A stretch of DNA of 64,000 nucleotides from an uncultured Candidatus Saccharibacteria bacterium (GCA_964512925.1 CAZEKH010000003.1:16772-80771), one strand, 5' to 3'. Counted from the stretch's first letter, positions 1 through 12,198 are shown. Numbers and translations: made by a program. Notes: generated by a model not told the origin, from the sequence alone.

Positions 1-9
1 TTTAGACAT

Positions 10-1491
10 TTAAATTAAATCTTTCTTTTGGCTATTTTTATCTTTCATTAATGGAAATACCACGGTTTCCCTGATGGATTTGTCTGATAGTACCGCAAAA
101 AGTCTTTCAGAAATGCCAAATCCCGCGGCCGGAGGCATACCGTATTCCATTGCTTCCAGATAGTCCTCATCCAGCATCTGCGCTTCTTCATCACCGGCTT
201 CTCTGAGCTTTAGCTGTTCTTCAAAACGCAAGCGCTGGTCAAGGGGGTCGTTGAGTTCGCCAAAACCTTTTCCAAGTTCTGTGCCATAAGCGATAATTTG
301 CATCCTTTGGACGAGCTTTGGATTTTTTGGGTCCCTTTTCGCCAGAGGTTCAAGTTCAATCGGTTGATCAACTAAAAATACCGGTTTTTGTGAAGGTAGA
401 TTTTTTCTAATTTGTTTAAAGATCAGGTCAATCAGCCTGCCTCGTCCGGCAAATTTCTCGTATTTTAAATGGTTTTCATCGCAATATTTTTTCAAAACTT
501 CGTCGCTTGCTGACATTAAGTCAATGCTGGTGTGTGTTTTAAAAAGTTCTATATAACTGACTTTTTCCCAGCTTCCGGACCAGTCCACGGTTTGTTCCCG
601 CGATTTTATAACCAAAGTGCCAAAAGTATCTGAGATAATTTTTTGATACATTTTCTGCACCATCTCCATCATTTGTTCAAAAGAAGCATATGCCCAATAG
701 AATTCCATTTGGGTGTAGTCCTGCAAATGTTCCGTATCAATGCCTTCATTGCGAAAAATCCTGCCTATTTCAAAAACTTTTTCATAGCCCGCAACTAGCA
801 TTTTTTTAAGTGGCAGTTCCAGGGAAATGCGTAAATAAAAGTCCTTATCAAGCGCATTGTGGTGGGTAATAAACGGCCTGGCCTCGGCTCCGCCGGTTGC
901 CGCCTCTAAAATTGGCATATCAATGTGCAGAAAACCTTGCTGTTGCAGAAAATCTCGCATCGAATTCCAAAACGCGGCCTTTTTTATAAAAATCTCTTTT
1001 GAAGCCGGGTTTAACAAGATGTCTAAATACCTTTTGCGTAAACGAGTTTCTTCATCTTCCAGTCCAAAATGTTCGGAAGGAAGCGGCAGTAAACTTTTGG
1101 CCAATATTTTATAGCCCAAAGCTTCCAAAGTTTTTTCGCCGCTTTTGGTTAAAAAAAGTTTGCCGGAAACCTGGATGAAATCACCGATGTCTATATTTTT
1201 TAAAAAAAACTTAAAAGAGTCTTCGCCTAAACCGTCTTTTTTCAGCAAAACCTGGACACGCGAGGTCTGGTCTTCGATGTGCGCAAAAATGATTTTTCCC
1301 ATATCCCGAAAAGACCTGACTCTGCCAAGTAGTGTGATTTCGCGGTCTGTCAAAGTGTCAAAATTTTCTTGAGCCTCCAAGTTGGTGTGGGTGCGTTCGG
1401 TGACAGATGGGTATGGGTCAAAACCAGAAACTTTTAAGGTGTCTAGTTTGGCTTTTCTATTTTTTACTATGTCTTCCAGTCTTTCGGACAT
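10..1491 (-). CDS. lysS: Lysine--tRNA ligase (class II)
   Basis: N-terminal OB anticodon-binding domain; motifs YLRISLEL, FEIGRIFRNEGID, YGMPPAAGFGI. Confidence 0.97.
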   Translation of the reverse strand: MSERLEDIVKNRKAKLDTLKVSGFDPYPSVTERTHTNLEAQENFDTLTDREITLLGRVRSFRDMGKIIFAHIEDQTSRVQVLLKKDGLGEDSFKFFLKNIDIGDFIQVSGKLFLTKSGEKTLEALGYKILAKSLLPLPSEHFGLEDEETRLRKRYLDILLNPASKEIFIKKAAFWNSMRDFLQQQGFLHIDMPILEAATGGAEARPFITHHNALDKDFYLRISLELPLKKMLVAGYEKVFEIGRIFRNEGIDTEHLQDYTQMEFYWAYASFEQMMEMVQKMYQKIISDTFGTLVIKSREQTVDWSGSWEKVSYIELFKTHTSIDLMSASDEVLKKYCDENHLKYEKFAGRGRLIDLIFKQIRKNLPSQKPVFLVDQPIELEPLAKRDPKNPKLVQRMQIIAYGTELGKGFGELNDPLDQRLRFEEQLKLREAGDEEAQMLDEDYLEAMEYGMPPAAGFGISERLFAVLSDKSIRETVVFPLMKDKNSQKKDLI

Positions 1492-1583
1492 AAATTTAAT
1501 TTTATGAATAAAGGATATCCCAAGTATATCAAAAAACAGCTGATTTTGCCAATTTTCTGGCTAAAATGAGCTGTTTTGGATTT

Positions 1584-2045
1584 TTATTCTATACTGATAA
1601 CTTCGTAAGCCATTTCCCCTGCCGGGGTTTGTACTTTGACTTTGTCTCCTGACTTATGTCCCAAAAGCGCTGTGCCGACTGAGGATTCGTTGGAGATTTT
1701 ACCTTCTTTGGGATTGGCTTCGTTTGAGCCGACAATCGTGTATTTTTTTTCTTTGCCGGAAACTTTGACCACCACAGTACAGCCAATAGTGACAGTTGAT
1801 CCGCGAGCGTGGGTAGTGATTATCTCGGCATTTTTTACCATATCTTCTATTTCCTGGATCCGGCCCTCTATAAAAGACTGTTCTTCCCGAGCCTGGGCAT
1901 AGTCAGCATTTTCCGACAAATCCCCGTGAGCCGCGGCTTCGCGAATGCGTTCAATGACTTCCGGCCTTCTTTTGGTTACCAGATCTTTCAGCTCATCGTT
2001 AAGTTTTTTTAGCCCGTCAGCAGTCAACAGATATTTTTTTGACAT
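1584..2045 (-). CDS. greA: Transcription elongation factor GreA
   Basis: HGDLSENADY and ISNESSVGTALLG motifs. Confidence 0.96.
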   Translation of the reverse strand: MSKKYLLTADGLKKLNDELKDLVTKRRPEVIERIREAAAHGDLSENADYAQAREEQSFIEGRIQEIEDMVKNAEIITTHARGSTVTIGCTVVVKVSGKEKKYTIVGSNEANPKEGKISNESSVGTALLGHKSGDKVKVQTPAGEMAYEVISIE

Positions 2046-2070
2046 AGTATAGATAGTTTACGAATACGAA

Positions 2071-2088
2071 TTCCGCCAGAAGGCGGAA
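2071..2088. repeat. TCCGCC-N4-GGCGGA palindrome (family A) in greA leader
   Basis: TTCCGCC AGAA GGCGGAA; same core as the copies at 15010, 15321, 15461, 16134. Confidence 0.7.
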
Positions 2089-2128
2089 CGAGATTGCGAA
2101 AAATAAATTGCTTATAAATTGCTTGTAT

Positions 2129-2157
2129 ATATTAGGTTATATTTGTTTTTGTGTCAA
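2129..2157 (-). promoter_or_regulatory. Putative sigma70 promoter for greA-lysS
   Basis: Minus strand TTGACA (2157-2152), 17 bp spacer, TAATAT (2134-2129). Confidence 0.6.
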
Positions 2158-2161
2158 TATT

Positions 2162-2530
2162 TTATTTGGATTCCAACAAATCGTTTTTTGATCTAATAAT
2201 ATGAATTAATTGAGTACAAATATTTTTACAATGCTGACAGTTGTCTATATGCTTTTGAGAAAGCATAAATTCAAGTAAAGGCAAATATTTTTTTCTAGAA
2301 AGTTTACCGATTCTTCTGGCATTTACTAATACGTTAGTTTCACCTTCAAGACCTATACCATGAAAGTCATGAAATGTTGCTAGCTGTTTGTGAACTCGAT
2401 TATGATCATCTGCAGAAATTTCTTTATTTTTATCCCAAACTAACAAGTCTCCTGATAGAGGCTTTTCAGCCTCATCGTCATTGTCATTTGCAAAAGGTAA
2501 AGAAAACTGTTCTTGTGAGACCGATTTCAT
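2162..2530 (-). CDS. Hypothetical protein
   Basis: 122 aa AT-rich ORF filling the gyrB-greA gap; no family recognised (one CxxC). Confidence 0.55.
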   Translation of the reverse strand: MKSVSQEQFSLPFANDNDDEAEKPLSGDLLVWDKNKEISADDHNRVHKQLATFHDFHGIGLEGETNVLVNARRIGKLSRKKYLPLLEFMLSQKHIDNCQHCKNICTQLIHIIRSKNDLLESK

Positions 2531-2560
2531 TGAGTTTATTTATACCGAATTTTATGATAC

Positions 2561-4636
<2,076 letters not shown>

Positions 4637-4698
4637 TCAAAGTTTTAGTCTCTAAATCATAGCATATTTTGTTTAAAATTACCATTAATTAAATTCTT

Positions 4699-4726
4699 AA
4701 AAAACCTCTTAATTAAGAGGTTTTTT
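4699..4726. terminator. Intrinsic terminator after the PheRS gene
   Basis: AAAAAACCTCTT AATT AAGAGGTTTTTT hairpin with T tracts on both strands. Confidence 0.7.
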
Positions 4727-4727
4727 A

Positions 4728-5858
4728 CTATCTTAGTTCAGCATTGTATACTCTTTTAGTTTCTTCATAAAGCTTGTTATGCAGAGGCTCTACTTCTTCG
4801 ACTTTTAGCGTCCGTTCTCTGCTCCTATATACCACCCTATATGTGTAGCTCATACGGTCTTTACCGAATTTAGCATCATTTTCAAATTTGTCCAGCAGGG
4901 TTACTTCTTCTACCAAATCGCCGCCAATTTCCCGAATCAGATCAAAATAATCGTTAGGAGTAAAAGTTTTCTCAACAATGAATGAAATATCCCTAATTAC
5001 AGGCGGGTATTTACTGACCTCTACAAATTTATGTCCGAGCACGAGCTGCTTTTTGACCCTTTCGTCATCGGACCACAGGAGCCTGATATCTGGAAGTGAC
5101 ATAGAAGCAATTGCCAAACGTTCAAGTCCAAAACCAAAAGCCCAGCCATGGTAACCTTCTAGGTCGAAATTAGAAAGCACGCTCTTTCTAGCCATACCGC
5201 AGCCAAGCATTTCAATCCACTGCCCGTTTATTTCCGCTTCCATCTCAAAAGAAGGGTCAGTATAAGGAAAATTGTGGTCGTAAAATCTAAAATTTATGTC
5301 GCCAAAAATGCTTTTTGCGATCTCACTTAAAGTATTTTTCAAATCTTCGGGTGTGATATTCGCGCTATTGTCCGGTCCTAAGTAAAGTCCGCCGAATTGA
5401 TGGAAAACATTCATATGCCTGCTGTCAACTTCGTCTTTCCTATAAACTTTTCCATAACAAACAGCGCCCACAGTTTCTTTGTTCTGGATTCTTTTTTTAA
5501 CTTCCGGATCATTTAGATAGTAATACCAAAAAACCGTGTCGTGGGTTCTAAGCAAATTTTTTTCGTCTACATAATAAGTGTCAGACTTGCTCCTCGCCGG
5601 ATGTCCTTCCGGCATATTGAAAAGGTCAAATAGAATTTCAGACGGTATAATCTCAGGAATTTCTATAACGTCAAAACCCTGCAAGCTTTTGACGTTCATA
5701 GCTCTTTTTACGATTTCAAAAAGCGGGCTCTCAGGACTGCGCGATAAGTCCGGCATATCCAAATACCGCCTGATGCGCATAGCTTCAAAATCTTTTCTAT
5801 TTTCCAGCTCCTTTTTTAACTTCTCTTCTTTAGAACGATCAATATTGATATGAGACAT
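4728..5858 (-). CDS. pheS: Single-chain phenylalanine--tRNA ligase (alpha catalytic domain fused to FDX-ACB anticodon-binding domain; organellar-type architecture)
   Basis: HPARSKSDTYY, LLRTHDT, VYRKDEVDSRHMNVFHQ, FPYTDPSFEME, GWAFGFGLERLA, followed by SKYPPVIRDISF...YRSRERTL (FDX-ACB). Confidence 0.9.
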   Translation of the reverse strand: MSHINIDRSKEEKLKKELENRKDFEAMRIRRYLDMPDLSRSPESPLFEIVKRAMNVKSLQGFDVIEIPEIIPSEILFDLFNMPEGHPARSKSDTYYVDEKNLLRTHDTVFWYYYLNDPEVKKRIQNKETVGAVCYGKVYRKDEVDSRHMNVFHQFGGLYLGPDNSANITPEDLKNTLSEIAKSIFGDINFRFYDHNFPYTDPSFEMEAEINGQWIEMLGCGMARKSVLSNFDLEGYHGWAFGFGLERLAIASMSLPDIRLLWSDDERVKKQLVLGHKFVEVSKYPPVIRDISFIVEKTFTPNDYFDLIREIGGDLVEEVTLLDKFENDAKFGKDRMSYTYRVVYRSRERTLKVEEVEPLHNKLYEETKRVYNAELR

Positions 5859-5957
5859 GATACTGATTTACTTATTTTAATACTAATGATACTTACTATA
5901 CGGATTTAAAATATCAGTATTATTCGTATCATCCGTACTAATTCGTATATTTGTATC

Positions 5958-6383
5958 TTATAATATCATGTTATGTTTAAACTGGCTACCAAGTTTTGAG
6001 TCGGGTTTTAAAAGCAAAATTCCCGGTTCAGCCTCTTTGGAAAGTCCGAGTTCAAAAGCGGCGCAGATCATCCCCTGGCTTTCAATACCCCGGATTTTAG
6101 CTTTTTCCAGGGTAAATGGTTCATGTGTTTCGGAGTGGATGTTTTGCGCGATCTTCGCGCCAGGTAAAGCCAGGGCAACTATGTCATTTTCTTTAAAGTT
6201 AAAGGCGCCACAAACTACTGGGTAGACTTCCCTGTCCCCCAGGCTCAATCTGATTATTCTCAATCTATCGGCATTAGGGTGTTTTTCTATGCCGGTGACT
6301 TTAGCCGCAAAAATCCCAGGAAAGGTTTGTGAATTTGTATTGTTCGCAGAAAAAAGAGAAAAGATTTGTTTAATTATATTCAT
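5958..6383 (-). CDS. Stand-alone tRNA-binding OB-fold protein (PheT B2/YtpR-like)
   Basis: KHPNADRL, VVCGAFN, AKIRGIESQGMICAAFELGL match the PheRS beta B2 domain. Confidence 0.85.
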   Translation of the reverse strand: MNIIKQIFSLFSANNTNSQTFPGIFAAKVTGIEKHPNADRLRIIRLSLGDREVYPVVCGAFNFKENDIVALALPGAKIAQNIHSETHEPFTLEKAKIRGIESQGMICAAFELGLSKEAEPGILLLKPDSKLGSQFKHNMIL

Positions 6384-6424
6384 TTTATCGTTACGATATT
6401 GAATGATTGAAATTATCTAATAGA

Positions 6425-7918
6425 TCAATACTCTGTGCATTCTTCTTGGTTACACATATAACCGGTGGTGCCGGATTTGGGGTTGTCAAAAAAGGATTTT
6501 AAGGTAAAAGTATCAAATTTTTCCCCGGCTTTGTATTCGTATTCCTTTTGAGTTTTGGGATCCTTGGGCAAAGCTGAGATAAAATCCGGAACCAAAGCAG
6601 ACTGTAGTTTTCCGGTTTGCGGAAAAACAAAATCGGAAGCGCTACTGGAAGGTAAATTTTTCGCCGAGTATATGAGTAACGCAGATCTCAAAGTTTCCAA
6701 ATCCGTTCTTCTAAGATTGTCGAAAATGTCCCCTTCTTCCTGAATTTTGTCTTTTTGAGCGTCCGCAAAATGTTTTTTTATCGCTTGACTGACGCTTTCG
6801 CTGAAGAAACTTAATGTGTAATCCTTGCCGTCTTCGCTGATGTTGTATGAATAAACAAAAACTCCTTGGTTTATCGGATCTTGCGGATTGGTTGCGGTTT
6901 TTACGTATGGCTTGATCTGGGTATACATTTCTTTAAAGTCCGATGTTTTGGGAAAGGATTTGTTGTCTTCATAGAAACGAACCAGTGCTATCCCAACGGT
7001 TTTTATAACAGAGCTTCTTTGGGCGTCTCTATCTTGCTTTGACTCAACAGAGTCATCAAATCCTTCGGGAGTCGAGGTAGCGGTTTTTTTCGGCACTATG
7101 GGATATTTTGGGTCGCTAAATTCATATGTGGTCAGTAAAACATCCCCAAGGCTGTCTTGGGTCGGGCTATGGAGTCCAAACTCCTTAATTTTCCCTTTAA
7201 TTACAGATAGTTCTGCAGTGGTATATTTTTTGTCTGTAACGAGGCTGAAACTGAACAGGGTTGAATCCTTGTCCGAATATTTTGGGTTTTTAGCCGTGTG
7301 GGAGTCTAGGGGGTTTCCTGAGAAAACATTAACTTCATCGCCGTCGCTTAGTCCGTCTTTGTCTGAGTCGGGGTTATTTGGGTCAGTGGACTTTTTATAT
7401 TCTTCTAAATTAGTCAGACCGTCAAAGTCCGGATCCGCCCCATCCCCGCATAACTCTGGGTTTTTGCATAACTCGTCATTGAAATATTTTAATTGCCATT
7501 CTTTTGCAATTGCTGTTAAGGGAGTCCCAGAAGCCGTCTCTGCCGTGTTTTTTACTTTTGAATTTTGATTGAGCGGAGTGTTTAGGGTATTTTCAGATAA
7601 AAGATTTTCCGTTTCTGAGTTCGAGCCGATTTTTTGGGAAATCCACCAAACCAACGGGCTAAGTATTAAAAGTGCTATGACCAAAGCTATGTATACTTTG
7701 TAAGGTTTGAGTAAAGCCATAAATTTTTGAAAACGCGACATTTCTGCCGGGGATTGAGAAACATCACTGAGTTTTGAAGCCTCTAAATTTTTAAGACCCG
7801 AGGGGTTTTGGGGCGAAGAAGAATTGTACTTTGGCATAACATTGAAAAAAAGCGGGCCTGACGCTTGGGCGGAGGGTTCGTTTTCCGGGGGGGTTGTTGG
7901 TGTTGTTTTTTCAAACAT
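6425..7918 (-). CDS. Membrane-anchored protein with DxDxDG calcium-binding repeats and two pilin/GspG-like domains
   Basis: One TM helix; DPDFDGLTNLEE and DSDKDGLSDGDE; RDAQR...FYEDNKSFP and DNLRRTDL...LPKDP. Confidence 0.7.
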   Translation of the reverse strand: MFEKTTPTTPPENEPSAQASGPLFFNVMPKYNSSSPQNPSGLKNLEASKLSDVSQSPAEMSRFQKFMALLKPYKVYIALVIALLILSPLVWWISQKIGSNSETENLLSENTLNTPLNQNSKVKNTAETASGTPLTAIAKEWQLKYFNDELCKNPELCGDGADPDFDGLTNLEEYKKSTDPNNPDSDKDGLSDGDEVNVFSGNPLDSHTAKNPKYSDKDSTLFSFSLVTDKKYTTAELSVIKGKIKEFGLHSPTQDSLGDVLLTTYEFSDPKYPIVPKKTATSTPEGFDDSVESKQDRDAQRSSVIKTVGIALVRFYEDNKSFPKTSDFKEMYTQIKPYVKTATNPQDPINQGVFVYSYNISEDGKDYTLSFFSESVSQAIKKHFADAQKDKIQEEGDIFDNLRRTDLETLRSALLIYSAKNLPSSSASDFVFPQTGKLQSALVPDFISALPKDPKTQKEYEYKAGEKFDTFTLKSFFDNPKSGTTGYMCNQEECTEY

Positions 7919-7928
7919 AATTTTTGTT

Positions 7929-8306
7929 TTAAATTTTTAAACTGAGAAAAATTTCCAAACATACCGCCAGAGCTATCAGGCTTAAAGCCACCCACCAATA
8001 TAAGAGTCCTTGAGAAGATAAAAACAGCAGACTTACAAACAGGAGCGAAATGAAAAAAGATTGTCTTAAACCCGCAAAAAAGTGTTTTGAAAACACCCCT
8101 TCAAAATAGCGTTGCCTGACCATTATTTGAACTATCAGGCATAAGCCTAAAATTGCCAAAAAAATACTAAAGTATAGGCCAAAAAAAATTCCTTTTGAAG
8201 ACTTTTCCGGATCCGTAAAAGAAAGTATTGAGAACGCTGAAAAGATCGACAGTATTGTACTGATTGCGAGTAAGAATAGATTCTTTTTTGCAGACTGAAG
8301 TATCAT
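7929..8306 (-). CDS. Hypothetical 4-TM membrane protein
   Basis: Four hydrophobic segments; in series with neighbouring genes. Confidence 0.7.
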   Translation of the reverse strand: MILQSAKKNLFLLAISTILSIFSAFSILSFTDPEKSSKGIFFGLYFSIFLAILGLCLIVQIMVRQRYFEGVFSKHFFAGLRQSFFISLLFVSLLFLSSQGLLYWWVALSLIALAVCLEIFLSLKI

Positions 8307-8338
8307 AATTTTAGCATATTATTCTTTCAAATCCAAGT

Positions 8339-11281
8339 TCATATAAATATATCAAATTCGCATTTATGTCCTGGTATGGTTTTGTCTATCTCTTTAAAGC
8401 GGTCAAAGCGTATAGTATCAATGATGGTTTCAATTTTTTTGCCTATTTCTGTTTTCAACTCAAAAAGCTCTTCGCGTGTTGCAATCGGTATAACATCTCT
8501 TTCGTTTTCTTTTAAATACCAATATTCCATACTTTCCACCTTCTTTTTCAAAAATTCTTCAGCGGCTAACTGGTATATGTAGAGCTGGCTGATATCTTTG
8601 GAAGCCTTTTTTTCAGGTTTTTTGCCGGTTTTATAATCAATTATTTTAATCCCGTCTTTGCCTTCATCAATGCGGTCAATCTTGCCGACTAAAAAGTATT
8701 CACCGACGGGAAGTTTGAAGAATTGTTCAAGAAAACTGACTTTAGGTTTTTTTACGGCAAAATCTTCAAAAAAATATTTAAGCATATGTTTGCCTAGATC
8801 AAAGTATTGATTTTTTTGTTTTTGGTCGGCGTACCATTCATCTACCCAGTATTTTTCATAAAGTTTTTCCAAGTGCTTAAAATTTAGATCTGAAATTTCT
8901 GATTTAAGCGATCCGAACAAATCAGCCTGTTTTATAGCAGATTTTTTTTGGTGCTCTTTTAAAAATATTTCAAATGTTTTATGTATGCTGTTGCCGAAAC
9001 TGAAATGTGGACTGCCGGGCAAAGGAAGTTTTAAATAATGATGGTATTTAAATTTAAGCGGACAATCAAAAAAATCATTGATTTTAGTATATGAAAATTG
9101 CTTTGGCAACTCCGTATATTTAACCGACGCATTTTTTGTCTCAGGTTTAAAAACAACTTTACCGGTTGCTTTACTGGCTTTTTCCGAAGGAACCAGGTTG
9201 GTTTCTTCTAAAAATACTGAAGGTTTTTTACCCCTAGCCCCTCCATAGTCCTTAGCCCAGCTAAAAAATATGCCGGATTTGGCTCTAGTGATCGCCACAT
9301 AGAAAAGCCTCCGCTCTTCCTGTAGATGAAAATCCCCTTCCGGTAAAATATCTTTTATCAATTCTTTCGGCAGTTCAATGCCTTCGCTTTTTTTTCTGGT
9401 GGGAAAACGTTGGTCCACCATATTGATCACAAAAACATACTCAAATTCCAAACCTTTGGAAGAATGCACAGTTAAAACTTTTAACGCCTCGGGTCCAAGA
9501 TCGGGATCTGTTTTTATGTTTCCTTGGTCACCTGCTTCCATCCGCAGGTTTAAAAGTTTTAGGAAATGATTCAGCGATTTGTCTTCATTCTCTGATTCAA
9601 AATGTTCAATTTCTTTGTAAAATTGTTCAATATTTTCGCGGGTTTGGCTGTTTTGCAAAGTATCTTCAGATATAAGTTTTTCAATCATCAGGTCCCGAAC
9701 AATCAAAATAAACATTTCCGAAGCGGTTTTGTTTTTTTTTGTTTCAGAATGTTTTTTTATCAAAGAACTTAGGGAGGAAATTTTTTTATGCCCATCAAAG
9801 GAAATTTCAGGAATTTCAGCAAACTTGAAAAAAGCGTCGAAAAGCGGTAAGGTTTTTTTGATGGAAAATTCCACAATCCGAGCAATGTCTTCGGCCGGTA
9901 TCTCAAATTGGGGCATAGATATAACTGAATAAAACGACATATGGTCGTAAAAGCGCTCCAAGAATTTAAGATAGTTTATCAGGCTTGAAACTACCGGTTT
10001 TTTATACAGGCCGGTTGAAGCTAGAAAAATGTATGGTATATTTTTGGCTGACAAGATAGGCAAAAGTGGTTCTGCGGATGAATTTGAACGCAGTAAAATC
10101 GCAAAATCATTCCAAGTGGAGTTTTTATTTTCTTTTGAATTTTTCAGAAAAAGGATTTTATCCGCAACGGCATTTAGCTCATCTGCCAGTGTTTTTCCTT
10201 CTATAACCTCAATCAGGCCTACTCTTGAGCCTTTTTTTGGACTTTTCAGCCTTTTGTCTATGCCCAGTTTGGTTTCCAAGCGGTCAGGGTTATTGGCCTG
10301 GATAAAGTTATAAGCCAAATCAAGAATATTTTGTTCGGAACGGTAATTTTCTACCAATGTAACTTGTTTAAAATTGGGAAAGTCTTCTTTGAATTTTAAA
10401 ATGTTGGACACGGACGCGCCGCGAAATTTATAGATTGATTGGTCATCGTCGCCCACCACGCAAATATTTTTTTTATCGCCGCTTAGCAGTTTGACTAATT
10501 GATACTGCGCATAGTTGGTATCCTGAAATTCGTCAACCATCAGATATTTGAAGTGTTCTTGATAGTAGCTTAAAATTTTCGGCCTTTTTTTAAAAAGTTC
10601 CAGAGTATAGCAAATTAAATCGCCAAAATCCAAAAAGTTATTGTCCGCCAAAAGTTTTTGGTATGTATGGTAGCCTGAAGCGATTTCTTCAATTCTGGAT
10701 ATTTCAGCTTCATCAATCCCCGGTTCGGCTGTTTTTACCGACTTTGTCGGCATATCCGTATTCAGCCTTAGATTTTGGGCATAACTTAAATATTCCTGAG
10801 GCGAGATAGTTTCGTCTTTACACCTGGAAAAGTGGGTTAACAGGGCTTCTATGAACTTGTTTGGGTTGCCCATTGGGCGATAATAATCAAAATCAAATTT
10901 GTCAAAATTTTGTTTGACAAAAACCCAAGCCGAGATGTCGTTTAAAAGTTTAAAGTCGTCCGGCAAGCCGATTTCCAAAGCATGATTTTTTAAAATTCTT
11001 TCGCAAAAACTGTGAAAGGTGGAAATCCAGGAATCGTAGTAGCCCAGCTCCATAAGAATATCTGCTCTTTCCTGCATCTCCCCGGCAGCTTTTTCAGTAA
11101 ATGTTAAAGCCAGTATCTGTTCCGGTTTCGCCAGCTTTTGTTCCACCAAGTATGCTATGCGCCTAGTTATAACCGTAGTCTTCCCAGTTCCCGCCCCAGC
11201 CACTATCAAAAGCGACCCGTTTGTATGGATGACAGCCTGTTTTTGTTCGGTATTTAAATTTTCTAAAAGTTTCTGCCCCAT
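8339..11281 (-). CDS. UvrD/PcrA-family helicase fused to C-terminal PD-(D/E)XK (RecB-like) nuclease
   Basis: AGAGTGKT, VDEFQD, VGDDDQSIYKFRG, TVHSSKGLEF, EERRLFYVAITRAK; nuclease GKIDRID...IIDYKTG. Confidence 0.92.
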   Translation of the reverse strand: MGQKLLENLNTEQKQAVIHTNGSLLIVAGAGTGKTTVITRRIAYLVEQKLAKPEQILALTFTEKAAGEMQERADILMELGYYDSWISTFHSFCERILKNHALEIGLPDDFKLLNDISAWVFVKQNFDKFDFDYYRPMGNPNKFIEALLTHFSRCKDETISPQEYLSYAQNLRLNTDMPTKSVKTAEPGIDEAEISRIEEIASGYHTYQKLLADNNFLDFGDLICYTLELFKKRPKILSYYQEHFKYLMVDEFQDTNYAQYQLVKLLSGDKKNICVVGDDDQSIYKFRGASVSNILKFKEDFPNFKQVTLVENYRSEQNILDLAYNFIQANNPDRLETKLGIDKRLKSPKKGSRVGLIEVIEGKTLADELNAVADKILFLKNSKENKNSTWNDFAILLRSNSSAEPLLPILSAKNIPYIFLASTGLYKKPVVSSLINYLKFLERFYDHMSFYSVISMPQFEIPAEDIARIVEFSIKKTLPLFDAFFKFAEIPEISFDGHKKISSLSSLIKKHSETKKNKTASEMFILIVRDLMIEKLISEDTLQNSQTRENIEQFYKEIEHFESENEDKSLNHFLKLLNLRMEAGDQGNIKTDPDLGPEALKVLTVHSSKGLEFEYVFVINMVDQRFPTRKKSEGIELPKELIKDILPEGDFHLQEERRLFYVAITRAKSGIFFSWAKDYGGARGKKPSVFLEETNLVPSEKASKATGKVVFKPETKNASVKYTELPKQFSYTKINDFFDCPLKFKYHHYLKLPLPGSPHFSFGNSIHKTFEIFLKEHQKKSAIKQADLFGSLKSEISDLNFKHLEKLYEKYWVDEWYADQKQKNQYFDLGKHMLKYFFEDFAVKKPKVSFLEQFFKLPVGEYFLVGKIDRIDEGKDGIKIIDYKTGKKPEKKASKDISQLYIYQLAAEEFLKKKVESMEYWYLKENERDVIPIATREELFELKTEIGKKIETIIDTIRFDRFKEIDKTIPGHKCEFDIFI

Positions 11282-11468
11282 TTTTTCTTTACGTTCAAAA
11301 TTTTTTTTAAATTTATTTTACTTCTACCAGATCTTATAGTTACAAAAAATATTTTGTGTTTAAAAGCTGAATTATTCTGCCGATCGGAAGTTTAAAAAAC
11401 ATTAAATATGAAACATTAAAATTAGTCGCTGTTCAACCTGGATCTTTGCGCCGAACCTTAAATTTTTC

Positions 11469-11747
11469 TTAATGTTTTTCTGGGAAATCAGTATTTATTT
11501 CCGAGGCTTTAAATATATTTTGATTTAAACCATAAACAAATGTACGACGACTATTGGAAATTATAATAATTTTTCCTTCTCGTAGTAAAGCTTGTAGAGC
11601 ATTGTGGATTGTACTACGTGATAAACCGGTTATGTTTTCTAACATAACTCTTGTCAATCCTTGATTGTTTCTTTTAAAAATATCAAATATTGTATCTCTT
11701 GGAGTTCGTTCATTAAAAAAAATTTCAGGAATTATTCTTTCTCCCAT
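11469..11747 (-). CDS. Small winged-helix HTH protein
   Basis: GLTRVMLENITGLSRSTIHNALQALLREGKI; ATG at 11747 chosen to avoid overlap with the PIN gene. Confidence 0.7.
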   Translation of the reverse strand: MGERIIPEIFFNERTPRDTIFDIFKRNNQGLTRVMLENITGLSRSTIHNALQALLREGKIIIISNSRRTFVYGLNQNIFKASEINTDFPEKH

Positions 11748-11751
11748 AAAA

Positions 11752-12198
11752 TTATTTGTTATTTGAAATAAAACTTGTCCACTGTTTCCAAAGATCCATG
11801 CCTTCGTCTTTGTAGCCGCTCCAGAACTGGATGGGGGTAACAATTTTTACGCGCTGGTATTCTTCCAGCTCCAAAAGAGCTCTGTCTGACGTTATGAGAA
11901 AATCAGCTTTTGCCTCAACCGCGCTTTCCAAAATTTTGTTGTCCTCTGGGTCTGATACAATCCGAATCTGCCTGCGGTTTACTACCCAATTTACCTGGGA
12001 AAAAAATTCCGAAAGTTTTTTTTCGTATTCCGGATTGTCTATCAGCTGGGAAACTATGAGCTTGTTTTCTTGCAGGGTTTGCCTATTGGCGTAAGCTTCT
12101 ATACCACCTGAGACCACTTCGTCAATGATCCGTTTTTCATACGAATAGTCGTCTTTAAAGCCGTTTATCAAGACGTTTGTGTCTAAAACAATTTTCAT
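11752..12198 (-). CDS. PIN-domain ribonuclease (PIN_3 / toxin-like)
   Basis: KIVLDTNVLI, DPEDNKILESA, LITSDRALL. Confidence 0.9.
   Translation of the reverse strand: MKIVLDTNVLINGFKDDYSYEKRIIDEVVSGGIEAYANRQTLQENKLIVSQLIDNPEYEKKLSEFFSQVNWVVNRRQIRIVSDPEDNKILESAVEAKADFLITSDRALLELEEYQRVKIVTPIQFWSGYKDEGMDLWKQWTSFISNNK

Noticed and set aside
6425-6427. Alternative genetic code (UGA=Gly, as in some CPR lineages)
   Set aside because: Conserved genes are intact under code 11 and several end cleanly at TGA
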